The translations under genes and the position numbers were made by a program. The notes under the pieces are model-generated. The model did not search any database. It was not told where the DNA came from and saw only the letters and a program-made list of their open reading frames with translations. A DNA stretch of 32,000 bases from NCBI GenBank assembly GCA_963843975.1, contig CAWJMG010000003.1, forward strand, positions 780,001 through 812,000. Reading direction: 5' to 3'. The stretch comes from an uncultured Actinomycetes bacterium (GTDB lineage: Bacteria; Actinomycetota; Actinomycetes; S36-B12; CAIYMF01). Below, piece by piece: positions 1 to 7,460 of the stretch. Each line of letters opens with the position of its first letter. Positions within the stretch are counted from its first letter, which is position 1.

Positions 1-302
1 ATGGGGACGGTGCCGAGGACGATGTACCAGCCCATGCGGGCGTCGAGGGTGCCCCGCAGCTCGGGCGTCCACAGCGACCGCGCCCAGGCCGAGATGATCC
101 GCACGATGTCGCGCCAGAAGAACAGCAGGACGGCGGCCATCGTGCCGAGCTGGATGACGGCCGTGAACGCTGCTCCGGGGTCGTCCCAGCCGAGGAGCGC
201 CGGGACGATGCGCAGGTGCGCGGTGCTGGAGATCGGCAGGAACTCGGTGAGGCCCTGGATGATGCCGAGGACGATCGCCTGGAAGATGTTCACGCCGCTC
301 AC
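1..302 (-). CDS. uppP: undecaprenyl-diphosphate phosphatase (UppP/BacA), N-terminal part; gene continues past the left edge
   Basis: Reverse-strand translation from GTG at 302 (alternative GTG at 293) reads [67 protein letters not shown], the typical UppP N-terminus with the [10 protein letters not shown] motif. It is missing from the ORF track because the window truncates it. The listed 1..309 + ORF is its antisense shadow. GTG 302-300 overlaps TGA 301-299 of the upstream gene (GTGA). Confidence 0.85.
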   Translation of the reverse strand, partial: MSGVNIFQAIVLGIIQGLTEFLPISSTAHLRIVPALLGWDDPGAAFTAVIQLGTMAAVLLFFWRDIVRIISAWARSLWTPELRGTLDARMGWYIVLGTVP

Positions 303-1348
303 TCACTGAGGCCGGATGCGTCGAGCACCTCGGCCGTCGTCCGAAGGGTCTCGATCCGCTCGTCGAGCGAACCGGCGTACGTCGCGATCGTCAGCGTGGT
401 GACGCCGGCGTCGGCATATGCGTGCAGCCGCTCCTGCACCCGCTCGCGCGGGCCGATCAGGGAGGTGCGGTCGATGAACTCGAACGGCACCGCGGCACCT
501 GCGCCTGCGTAGTCACGGGCGAGGTACTTCTCCTGCACCTCCGCGGCCTCGGCGTCGTAGCCCATGCGCACCGCGAGCTGGTTGTAGAAGTTCTTATCGC
601 GGCTGCCCATCCCGCCGATGTAGAGCGCGCTGTAGCCGCGCATCGCGTCCGCACACGCCGCCACGTCGTCGCCGTACGCGATCGGGACTGTGGGGACGAC
701 GTCGAAGCCCTCGAGCGTCTTGCCGACCTTGGCGCGGCCGGTGGAGATCGAGGCGAGGTGCTCGGACGCGTGCTCGGGCGAGAAGAAGATGCCGAGCCAG
801 CCGTCGGCGATCTCGCCGGTGAGCTCGAGGTTCTTCGGGCCGATCGCCGCGAGGTAGACCGGGATGTGCTCGCGCACCGGGTGGACGGTGAGTGTCAGCG
901 CCTTGCCCGGGCCGTCGGGAAGAGGCAGCGTGAAGAACTCGCCGTCGAAGCTGACGCGCTCGCGGCGCAGCGCCTTCTCGACGATCGCGACGTACTCACG
1001 GGTGCGGGCCAGCGGCTTGTCGAACCGGACGCCGTGCCAGCCCTCGGACACCTGCGGGCCGGAGACGCCGAGGCCGAGACGGAAGCGTCCGCCCGAGAGC
1101 GTGTCGAGCGTCGCGGCCGTCATGGCGGTCATGGCCGGCGTGCGGGCGGGGATCTGGAAGATCGCCGAGCCGACGTCGATCCGCTCGGTCTGGGCCGCGA
1201 CCCAGGCGAGGACGCTGACGACGTCCGAGCCGTAGGCCTCGGCGGCCCAGGCGACGGCGTAGCCGAGGCGGTCGGCCTCGCGCGCGAGGGCGAGGTTGTC
1301 GGCGTCGTTGCCCGCGCCCCAGTAGCCGAGGTTGATGCCGAGGCGCAT
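299..1348 (-). CDS. LLM-class (luciferase-like) flavin/F420-dependent oxidoreductase
   Basis: 349-aa [16 protein letters not shown]...[70 protein letters not shown] is typical of luciferase-like monooxygenase family proteins. Codons are GC3-rich. Confidence 0.9.
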   Translation of the reverse strand: MRLGINLGYWGAGNDADNLALAREADRLGYAVAWAAEAYGSDVVSVLAWVAAQTERIDVGSAIFQIPARTPAMTAMTAATLDTLSGGRFRLGLGVSGPQVSEGWHGVRFDKPLARTREYVAIVEKALRRERVSFDGEFFTLPLPDGPGKALTLTVHPVREHIPVYLAAIGPKNLELTGEIADGWLGIFFSPEHASEHLASISTGRAKVGKTLEGFDVVPTVPIAYGDDVAACADAMRGYSALYIGGMGSRDKNFYNQLAVRMGYDAEAAEVQEKYLARDYAGAGAAVPFEFIDRTSLIGPRERVQERLHAYADAGVTTLTIATYAGSLDERIETLRTTAEVLDASGLSE

Positions 1349-1529
1349 GCACTCGCCCTTCCAGGTCGTCGGCCCACCCCGAGATCGTCCGGAGCAGGTG
1401 GTCGCCCGGAGGCCGTGCGACCGCTCCGAGCGTAGTCGGGCCAGGTAAACGGTCGGTCATCCGACGCACCCGTCCGGCCCCGGCTCGTCGCGCCGGAACT
1501 CGGCGGGCCGGGCACTACTGTCGTGGACC

Positions 1530-2507
1530 ATGGAGCTCCGCCCCCTCGGCCGTTCGGGCCTGCACGTGTCCCGTCTCGCGCTCGGCACGATGACCTGGGG
1601 CCGTGACACCGACGAGCACGAGGCCCGCGACCAATTCCTCGCCTTCGTCGAGCAGGGCGGCACCCTCGTCGACACCGCCGACGTCTACGCCGACGGCCTC
1701 TCCGAGCAGATCGTCGGCCGCCTCGTCGCCGAGGTGGGCCGCGACTCCGTCGTCGTCGCCACCAAGGCGGTCTCGCGCGGCGGCACGGCCCGCCGGTTCG
1801 ACGCGTCGAGGGGCCACCTGCTCCGAGCCCTCGACGGCTCCCTCGCCCGCCTCGGGCTCGACCATGTCGACGTGTGGCAGCTGCACGCCTGGGACCCGCT
1901 CACCCCGCTCGAGGAGACCCTCGCTGCGGTGGACGCGGCGGTGGCCTCGGGCAAGGTGCGGTACGCCGGCATCAGCAACTACAGCGGCTGGCAGACCGCC
2001 AAGGCCGCTGCGCTCCAGGCCGCCAAGGCCGCGGGCTCGACCCTGGTGTCCACCCAGGTCGAGTACTCGCTCCTGCAGCGCGGGATCGAGCGCGAGGTGG
2101 TGCCCGCCGCCGCCGACGCCGGCCTCGGCCTGCTCCCCTGGTCGCCGCTCGGCCGCGGCGTCCTGACGGGCAAGTACCGCCACGGCACGCCTGCGGACTC
2201 GCGCGGCGCCTCCGCCCACTTCGCGGCGTTCGTCGCGCCGTACCTCGACACCTCCGCCCGCTCGGTCGTCGACTCCGTCTGCACCGCCGCCGAGGGGCTC
2301 GGCGTCGCACCGCTCGAGGTCGCGATCGCCTGGGTGCGCGACCGGCCGGGTGTCGTCGCCCCGATCATCGGCGCGCGCAGTGCGGCACAGCTGCGGGGCG
2401 CGCTGACGGTCGAGGACCTCACGCTGCCCGAGGAGATCGTCGCGGCGCTGGACGAGGTGTCGGCGCCGTCGCGGTCCTACCCCGACGACGGCTGGAACGT
2501 CCGCTGA
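1530..2507 (+). CDS. aldo/keto reductase
   Basis: 325 aa. The N-terminus MELRPLGRSGLHVSRLALGTMTWG...GGTLVDTADVYADGLSEQIVGR and the later ISNYSGWQ and LLPWSPLGRGVLTGKY blocks are classic AKR signatures. It is divergent from the LLM gene. Confidence 0.92.
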   Translation: MELRPLGRSGLHVSRLALGTMTWGRDTDEHEARDQFLAFVEQGGTLVDTADVYADGLSEQIVGRLVAEVGRDSVVVATKAVSRGGTARRFDASRGHLLRALDGSLARLGLDHVDVWQLHAWDPLTPLEETLAAVDAAVASGKVRYAGISNYSGWQTAKAAALQAAKAAGSTLVSTQVEYSLLQRGIEREVVPAAADAGLGLLPWSPLGRGVLTGKYRHGTPADSRGASAHFAAFVAPYLDTSARSVVDSVCTAAEGLGVAPLEVAIAWVRDRPGVVAPIIGARSAAQLRGALTVEDLTLPEEIVAALDEVSAPSRSYPDDGWNVR

Positions 2508-2604
2508 CCGCCATGAGCGGTCGGCGGTGTCACGTCGTGCGCTCCGTGCACGCGTGGACGGCGCCCACCTCGATGCCCCGTAGCTCCCCGAACCCCGTGG
2601 ACCG

Positions 2605-3588
2605 GTGAACGCCGTGAGCCCCGTCACCGACCTCCTCACCGCCGCCGCTCGCGCCGGGCACACGGTGCTGCCTGTCGACGTCGTCCGCCGTACCTGCTCC
2701 GACTCCGACATCCGCGCGGCACTCGCCGACCTCTCCGTCGTCGAGGTCGAGTGGTCGGGCTCGGCCGCACTGTCGCTCGTCGACCTCGCGGAGTCCGAGG
2801 AGATGCTCGCGGACGGCCTCGCCGGGCTCGCGGCAGAGAACCGGCTCGCGGTGGTGGTCGGAGCCGTCGCCGCCGGGCGGTCGCAGGCGCTGGCGACCGC
2901 GCTCGGCGGCGTGCCTGCCGTCGTGCTCGACGACGCGCACCTGCTCGGCGTGGACGAGGTGCTGGCCGCCGTCGAGGACCTGCCCGAGCAGGCGGTGCTG
3001 GCGCTGTCGCTCGACCCCGCGCTGCCGCTGGCCGCAGTGCCGGGGGCCGTCGCGCTCGACCTTGCGGCGTCCGGCGTCTGCCCCGTGCTCAAGGCGACCG
3101 CACCGCCGGCGCGGACGGCGCTGGCCCGTGCCCGCGTCGACATCGCGTCAGGGCACTGGTTCGGCACGTCGGCCGAGGACCGCAGCATCGTCGAGGTGCG
3201 CGTCGGCGGGCCGGACGAGGCGCTCGTGCGCGTCGGCCAGCTGGTCGGCACCTCCATCCCGCGCGCGTTCGACGTACCCGCCTCCGAGGTGGCTGTGCTG
3301 CTGGCACCGGGCTCGCTCGACCCGGCCGCTGTCTCGAGCGCGCTCGAGGGCGCGGGCACCGTCGTTCCACTGGTCGGGCCGCTCGACCGGGCGTGGGACG
3401 CCGCGGTGCTCGTGCTCGGCCCGCCCGGGCCGGCCTTCACGCGGGCGCTGGTCTACGCGGGGCTGGTCGCCGGCGAGCGGCACGTGTCGGTCGTGCACGG
3501 CAGCGATCCGGTGGCGCTGACCGCCGCGATCGCCGGCTCCCCCGACCGCCCCCGCCGCACGAGGCTCGCGGCCCTGCTGACCGGCTGA
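2605..3588 (+). CDS. conserved actinobacterial RecD-like protein with degenerate ATPase motifs (pseudo-helicase)
   Basis: 327 aa. The layout parallels the RecD helicase motifs but the catalytic residues are replaced: VVVGAVAAGRSQ at Walker A, VVLDDAHLL at Walker B, LALSLDPALPLAAVPGAVALDL at the LVGDxxQLPSVGxGAV motif, and RALVYAGLVAGERHVSVV at the LLYTAxTRAxxxLxxV motif. Confidence 0.7.
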   Translation: MNAVSPVTDLLTAAARAGHTVLPVDVVRRTCSDSDIRAALADLSVVEVEWSGSAALSLVDLAESEEMLADGLAGLAAENRLAVVVGAVAAGRSQALATALGGVPAVVLDDAHLLGVDEVLAAVEDLPEQAVLALSLDPALPLAAVPGAVALDLAASGVCPVLKATAPPARTALARARVDIASGHWFGTSAEDRSIVEVRVGGPDEALVRVGQLVGTSIPRAFDVPASEVAVLLAPGSLDPAAVSSALEGAGTVVPLVGPLDRAWDAAVLVLGPPGPAFTRALVYAGLVAGERHVSVVHGSDPVALTAAIAGSPDRPRRTRLAALLTG

Positions 3589-3607
3589 CCGGCGCACCTG
3601 TCGCACA

Positions 3608-3817
3608 ATGTGTGCCATGTCCGCGACCAGGGCCTCGACGTGGGAGTACCGCGAGATCACGCTGCCCCGAGGCACCGCGCGTGACGCCGCCCGTGCGGCT
3701 CTGACCGAGCTCGCCGAGCACGGCTCCTGGGAGCTCGCCCGCCTGCGCCTCTACCCCGACGGCCGCCGCAGGGTCTGGCTCCGCCGCCGAGTCCTCCGCG
3801 CCGTCAGAACCGCCTGA
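3608..3817 (+). CDS. DUF5703-like small protein
   Basis: 69 aa (alternative ATG at 3617). WEYREITLPRGTARDAARAALTELAEHGSWELARLRLYPDGRRRVWLRRRV matches my recollection of the DUF5703 family, which commonly follows the RecD-like gene in Actinobacteria. Confidence 0.7.
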   Translation: MCAMSATRASTWEYREITLPRGTARDAARAALTELAEHGSWELARLRLYPDGRRRVWLRRRVLRAVRTA

Positions 3818-3831
3818 CCGACTTCACGTTT

Positions 3832-4012
3832 CTTCCCTTAGGGAAGCAATCGGCAGTTGAACTGCATGATTGCTGCCCAGAATCGTGATCTTGGCGTACG
3901 TGGCTGTCGCGCGGGCCGACGTCGCGGGCAGCAGCCATCGGCGACCAAGATCACGACTTCGGGCGGGATCCGTGCAGTTGAACTGCGTCTTTCGACCCTA
4001 AGGGGCGAAAAG
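3832..4012. repeat. ~180-bp imperfect palindrome (long hairpin/cruciform-capable element) in a convergent intergenic region
   Basis: The arms 3832-3895 and 3945-4012 are reverse complements with a few mismatches or indels. Paired sub-blocks are CTTCCCTTAGGGAAG vs CGACCCTAAGGGGCG, GCAGTTGAACTGC (3853-3865) vs GCAGTTGAACTGC (3974-3986), and TCGTGATCTTGG (3884-3895) vs CCAAGATCACGA (3945-3956). The centre is the palindrome CGACGTCG (~3917-3924). G+C is visibly lower than in the flanks. Confidence 0.8.
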
Positions 4013-4018
4013 TGCAGG

Positions 4019-5389
4019 TCAGGCGGCTCGGAGGAAGCGGCCGAGGACCCTCGTGCCGAAGTGCAGGGCCTCGACGGGCACACGCTCGTCGACGCCGTGG
4101 AAGAGCGCGCCGAAGTCGAGCGACGGCGGCAGCCGCAGCGGTGCGAAGCCGTAGCAGCGGATCCCGAGCGTGCTGAACGCCTTGGCGTCCGTGCCGCCGG
4201 ACAGCATGTACGGCACCGCCACGGCGTGCTCGTCCTCGGCCCGCAACGCCGCGGCCATGAGGTCGATGGACGGCCCGTCGAAGGTCGTCTCGAGGGCGAT
4301 GTCGTGGTTGATGAACTCGCGCGTGATCCGGTCGCCGAGGATCTCGTCGATCCGCGCGAACGCCTCCTCCTCGTACCCCGGCAGGAAGCGCATGTCGACC
4401 GACGCCTCGGCGTGGCCCGGGATCACGTTGGCCTTGTAGCCGGCCGACAGCATGGTCGGGTTCACGGTGTTCTTCAGCGTCGCGCCGACCAGCCGCGCCA
4501 TCGGCCCGAGCTTGGCGAGCGTGCCCTGCATGTCCTCAGGGTCGAGCTCGGTGCCGGTGACGTCGGACAGCACCGCCAGGAAGTCGCGCACCGCAGGCGT
4601 CACATGCACCGGGTAGTCGATGCGACCGATCTGCGCGACCGCCTCGCAGATCGCGGTGACTGCGTTGTCGTCGTTGAGCATCGAGCCGTGGCCCGCACGC
4701 CCCGCGGCCTTCAGCCGCATCCAGCCGATGCCCTTCTCGGCCGTCTGCACGAGGTAGAGCCGGAGGTCGTCCCGCACGGTCATCGAGAAGCCGCCGACCT
4801 CGCCCACGGCCTCGGTCACGCCCTCGAACAGGTCGAGGCGGTGCTCGATCAGCCAGTGCGAGCCGATGTGTCCGCCGGCCTCCTCGTCTGGCAGGAACAT
4901 CAGCACGACGTCCCGCTCGGGCTGCACGCCGCCCCGCGCCCACGACCGCACCGTCGCGAGCGACATCGCGCACATGTCCTTCATGTCGACCGCGCCACGG
5001 CCCCAGATCATGGGTACGCCGAGGTCCTCGTCGATCTCCGCAGCGAACGGCGGGTGCGACCAGTCGTCGGCCGCGGCCGGCACGACGTCGAGGTGGTTGT
5101 GCAGCAGGAGCGCACCGCGGGTGCGGTCGCGGCCCGGGATGCGCACGACGACGCCGTCCCGCCCCGCCTGGCCGCACGTGAACACCTCGGGATCGAGACC
5201 GACCTCGCGCAGGCGCTCGGCGACGTACGACGCAGCCTCTGCCTCGCCGGGGCCGCTGCCGTCGCCGAAGTTGCTGGAGTCGATCCGGATCAGGTCGCGT
5301 GCGAGGTCGACCACCTCCGCCTCGGCGTCGGGCAGGGGCTCGGGCAGCAGGCTCGCGCTGGTCTCCGTCACGGGACCATCGTGGCCCAT
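4019..5389 (-). CDS. M20/M25/M40 family metallopeptidase (dipeptidase-like)
   Basis: 456 aa. The blocks DLIRIDSSNFG...ASYVAERLREVGL, LLLHNHLDVVP, RGAVDMKDM and FLPDEEAGG are the usual M20 metal-binding blocks. Confidence 0.92.
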   Translation of the reverse strand: MGHDGPVTETSASLLPEPLPDAEAEVVDLARDLIRIDSSNFGDGSGPGEAEAASYVAERLREVGLDPEVFTCGQAGRDGVVVRIPGRDRTRGALLLHNHLDVVPAAADDWSHPPFAAEIDEDLGVPMIWGRGAVDMKDMCAMSLATVRSWARGGVQPERDVVLMFLPDEEAGGHIGSHWLIEHRLDLFEGVTEAVGEVGGFSMTVRDDLRLYLVQTAEKGIGWMRLKAAGRAGHGSMLNDDNAVTAICEAVAQIGRIDYPVHVTPAVRDFLAVLSDVTGTELDPEDMQGTLAKLGPMARLVGATLKNTVNPTMLSAGYKANVIPGHAEASVDMRFLPGYEEEAFARIDEILGDRITREFINHDIALETTFDGPSIDLMAAALRAEDEHAVAVPYMLSGGTDAKAFSTLGIRCYGFAPLRLPPSLDFGALFHGVDERVPVEALHFGTRVLGRFLRAA

Positions 5390-5467
5390 GCTCCCGATTT
5401 CGGGGCTGAGCCGGTGCAGTTGTATAGTTCCGAAGTCGCGCCAGCCGGGTAACCGGCGGGCAGACGT

Positions 5468-5554
5468 GTCCGGGTGGCGGAATAGGCAGACGCGCTAGCT
5501 TGAGGTGCTAGTGCCCGAAAGGGCATGGGGGTTCAAGTCCCCCCTCGGACACCA
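5468..5554 (+). tRNA. tRNA-Leu (anticodon GAG), class II with long variable arm, CCA encoded
   Basis: Manual fold: acceptor GTCCGGG/CTCGGAC (one G-U pair); anticodon stem CTAGC/GCTAG with loop TTGAGGT (GAG at positions 34-36); variable arm TGCCCGAAAGGGCAT; T arm GGGGG-TTCAAGT-CCCCC; discriminator A followed by CCA. Confidence 0.93.
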
Positions 5555-5555
5555 C
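5531..5555 (+). repeat. attL core (direct repeat copy inside the tRNA-Leu 3' end)
   Basis: 25/25 identity with 17208-17232. Identity extends imperfectly 3 bp upstream (GGgG vs GGaG). Confidence 0.87.
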
Positions 5556-5564
5556 GCGAGATCA

Positions 5565-5597
5565 AAGAAGCCGCAGGCCAGAGGCCTGCGGCTTCTT
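5565..5597. terminator. 15-bp-stem hairpin just inside the island after the tRNA
   Basis: AAGAAGCCGCAGGCC-AGA-GGCCTGCGGCTTCTT, a perfect stem. It lies 10 nt after the tRNA CCA on the + strand and ~125 nt downstream of the integrase stop on the - strand, where TTTGAT follows it. Confidence 0.6.
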
Positions 5598-5621
5598 GCT
5601 TGCGCGGACTGAGACGGCCGC

Positions 5622-5655
5622 TGGTCACGCTTTTGGTCACGGGCCTCTCGTGACA
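5622..5655 (+). promoter_or_regulatory. putative integrase arm-type / Xis binding repeats (attL side)
   Basis: TGGTCAC (5622-5628), a 5-nt spacer, then TGGTCAC (5634-5640), then an inverted GTGACA (5650-5655). The same 7-N5-7 arrangement recurs at 13455-13473 and 17071-17089. Confidence 0.55.
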
Positions 5656-5721
5656 GCTGCCGGCAACCTGTTTCGACTCATGCTGGCCGTGCTGCCGCTG
5701 GATCGGCGGCTATCGCGGCGT

Positions 5722-6927
5722 TCACCGGCCTCGACGCTCGATCAGAGCAGCCACCGCATCGGCGGCCTCGACCTGGAGCTTCGCAGTCACGTGGCTGTAC
5801 ACGTTCAGCGTGATCGCGACCGTCGAGTGCCCGAGCCGGTCTTGCACGATCTTGGCGGGGATGCCCGCCTGCAGTGCCAACGTGGCCCAGGTGTGACGGA
5901 GGTCGTGCAGGCGGATCGACGGAGAACCCGTGGCGCGGACCGCCGCCTTGAACATCCTTGTGAGGCGCTCGGGGTGGTAGGGGCGACCGTCGGCTCGGGT
6001 GAAGACGAGGTCGTCGACGTCCGCGTTGCCGGTGGTGCCGATCATGAGTCGGTCTTGGGCGCGGAGGGCTTTGTGTGCTCGGAGGACGGCGACGGTTCCG
6101 GGGTCGAGGGCGACGGAGCGTCGGCCTGCAGCGGTCTTGGGGTCGGACCAGACGGGCCGGTCGTCGTCGGTGTCGTGGATGTCGATGAGGGTGCGGACGA
6201 TGGTGATGCGTGCGGCGTCGAGGTCGACGTTGGCCCACGCGAGTCCGAGCGCTTCGCCTCTGCGGAGGCCGGTGGTGGCGAGTAGGTGCCAGAGGGCGTG
6301 CTCTCGGGTGCCGCGGGTGGCGTCGAGGAAGGCCGCGAGCTCGGCGGCGGTCCAGGTCTTCGCTGCGCGGGTGCCGTCGGCTGCGGCGGACAGGCGGGGA
6401 GGTTCGGCCTGGTCGGCGGGGTTGTGGTTGAGGAGTCGGGCTTTGACGGCGGATTTGAGGATGCTGCCAATGATTGTGTGGATGTAGCGGACGGTGCGCA
6501 CGCTGAGCCCGGTGTTGCCGTTGCGGGCTTTGGACCTGTCGGCGAGGCCGTCCTCGAGGAGCCTGGCGTAGAGGCCGGTGAGCTGGCTGCCGGTGATGCG
6601 CTGCAGCGGCGTCCCGCCGAGGGTGGGCAGGACGTGGATGCGGAGGTTCCGCTGGTAGGAGTGCAGCGTGGAGGGCCGCAGCCGCATCCGCGCATTGGGG
6701 AGCCAGTCCCTCTCGACGTAGTCGGCGAGGGTGAGTCGGCTCGGGTCGACGTGGGCGCCGGTGTCCAGCTCGCGCAGCACCTTGGTCAGCGCGGTCTGCG
6801 CGGCGCGTCGGGTCGGGAAGCCGCGTTTGCGCATCTGGCGGCGCTTGTCCCCGGGTGCGGTGATGTCGACGGTGAAGGACCAGGTGCCGTTGGTGTCCTG
6901 GCGGATGCTGCCCCGCCGGCCAGTCAC
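5722..6927 (-). CDS. int: tyrosine-type site-specific integrase with N-terminal arm-binding domain
   Basis: 401 aa with a GTG start. The N-terminus GSIRQDTNGTWSFTVDI...KRRQMRKRGFPTRRAAQTAL looks like an arm DNA-binding domain. The C-terminus has ATTGLRRGEALGLAW, HDLRHTWATLALQAG and LGHSTVAITLNVYSHV (the R..HxxR..Y catalytic signature). Confidence 0.95.
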   Translation of the reverse strand: MTGRRGSIRQDTNGTWSFTVDITAPGDKRRQMRKRGFPTRRAAQTALTKVLRELDTGAHVDPSRLTLADYVERDWLPNARMRLRPSTLHSYQRNLRIHVLPTLGGTPLQRITGSQLTGLYARLLEDGLADRSKARNGNTGLSVRTVRYIHTIIGSILKSAVKARLLNHNPADQAEPPRLSAAADGTRAAKTWTAAELAAFLDATRGTREHALWHLLATTGLRRGEALGLAWANVDLDAARITIVRTLIDIHDTDDDRPVWSDPKTAAGRRSVALDPGTVAVLRAHKALRAQDRLMIGTTGNADVDDLVFTRADGRPYHPERLTRMFKAAVRATGSPSIRLHDLRHTWATLALQAGIPAKIVQDRLGHSTVAITLNVYSHVTAKLQVEAADAVAALIERRGR

Positions 6928-7111
6928 TGGGCACCACCTCGAAGATTGGACGGACGCCCTTCGGGCGTTCCGGGCTGGTCACGGTGTGCCATGGAAGTCT
7001 CCCCTCGCTGCTGACGGCCAGGCATGTCTCACCCGCGGCGCGTGCCGCGACTCTGTGCGCCTGCGCCTGTGGACGACACGCCCAACGGCGCGCCCGTTCC
7101 CCTCAATGCCG

Positions 7112-7330
7112 TCACGCCTCCTTGGCGGCCGACGGGACGGTGTCGGCGTCGAGGAGGCGGCGCAGTCCGGCGGTGGGGATGCGGATGAGCTTGCCGATCC
7201 GCAGCACCGGGGTGGGCCAGCGGTCGGTGCGGATCAGGTCGTAGGCCAGCGTCCGGCCGATCCCGAGCACGGCGGCTGCGGTGGGGACGTCGATGAGGGC
7301 GGGCAGCTGGTCGAGGTTGGTGCGGTCCAT
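7112..7330 (-). CDS. xis: excisionase / MerR-type helix-turn-helix DNA-binding protein
   Basis: 72 aa from ATG at 7330, inside the longer track ORF 7112..7621. MDRTNLDQLPALIDVPTAAAVLGIGRTLAYDLIRTDRWPTPVLRIGKLIRIPTAGLRRLL is the typical excisionase-family HTH. It lies directly upstream of int on the same strand. Confidence 0.8.
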   Translation of the reverse strand: MDRTNLDQLPALIDVPTAAAVLGIGRTLAYDLIRTDRWPTPVLRIGKLIRIPTAGLRRLLDADTVPSAAKEA

Positions 7331-7460
7331 GCGGTACTCCCCGGTGGTGTCGGCGCCCGTCTGGCACGAGCACTCACCGATAGGTGCGCCGCAGACGGCC
7401 CCGACACGAGCGCCCGGTTCCAGCGACGAGGGCGAGGGGCAGCGCGGGCCACCCACGCCG

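Noticed and set aside
1-309. 102-aa + strand ORF at the window start
   Set aside because: Arg/Ser/Met-rich sequence with no family resemblance. The opposite strand encodes a clear UppP N-terminus, so this is an antisense shadow ORF.
1515-3440. 641-aa minus-strand ORF spanning the AKR and RecD-like genes
   Set aside because: Low-complexity Ala/Ser/Thr/Arg/Gly composition. It lies antisense to two well-supported + strand genes and is a typical high-G+C artefact.
5414-5428. AT-richer patch GTGCAGTTGTATAGT upstream of tRNA-Leu and divergent from the M20 gene; TATAGT as a -10 box
   Set aside because: It is a plausible -10 element about 40 nt before the tRNA, but I found no convincing -35 and cannot verify a start site. 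I did not call it as a feature.
3857-5452. 531-aa + strand ORF
   Set aside because: Antisense to the M20 peptidase gene, with an Arg/Gly/Val/Asp-rich nonsense composition. Its 5' end starts inside the palindromic element.
5678-6982. 434-aa minus-strand ORF overlapping the integrase in another frame
   Set aside because: Extremely Pro/Arg/His-rich. The integrase frame (5722..6927) has all the catalytic motifs.
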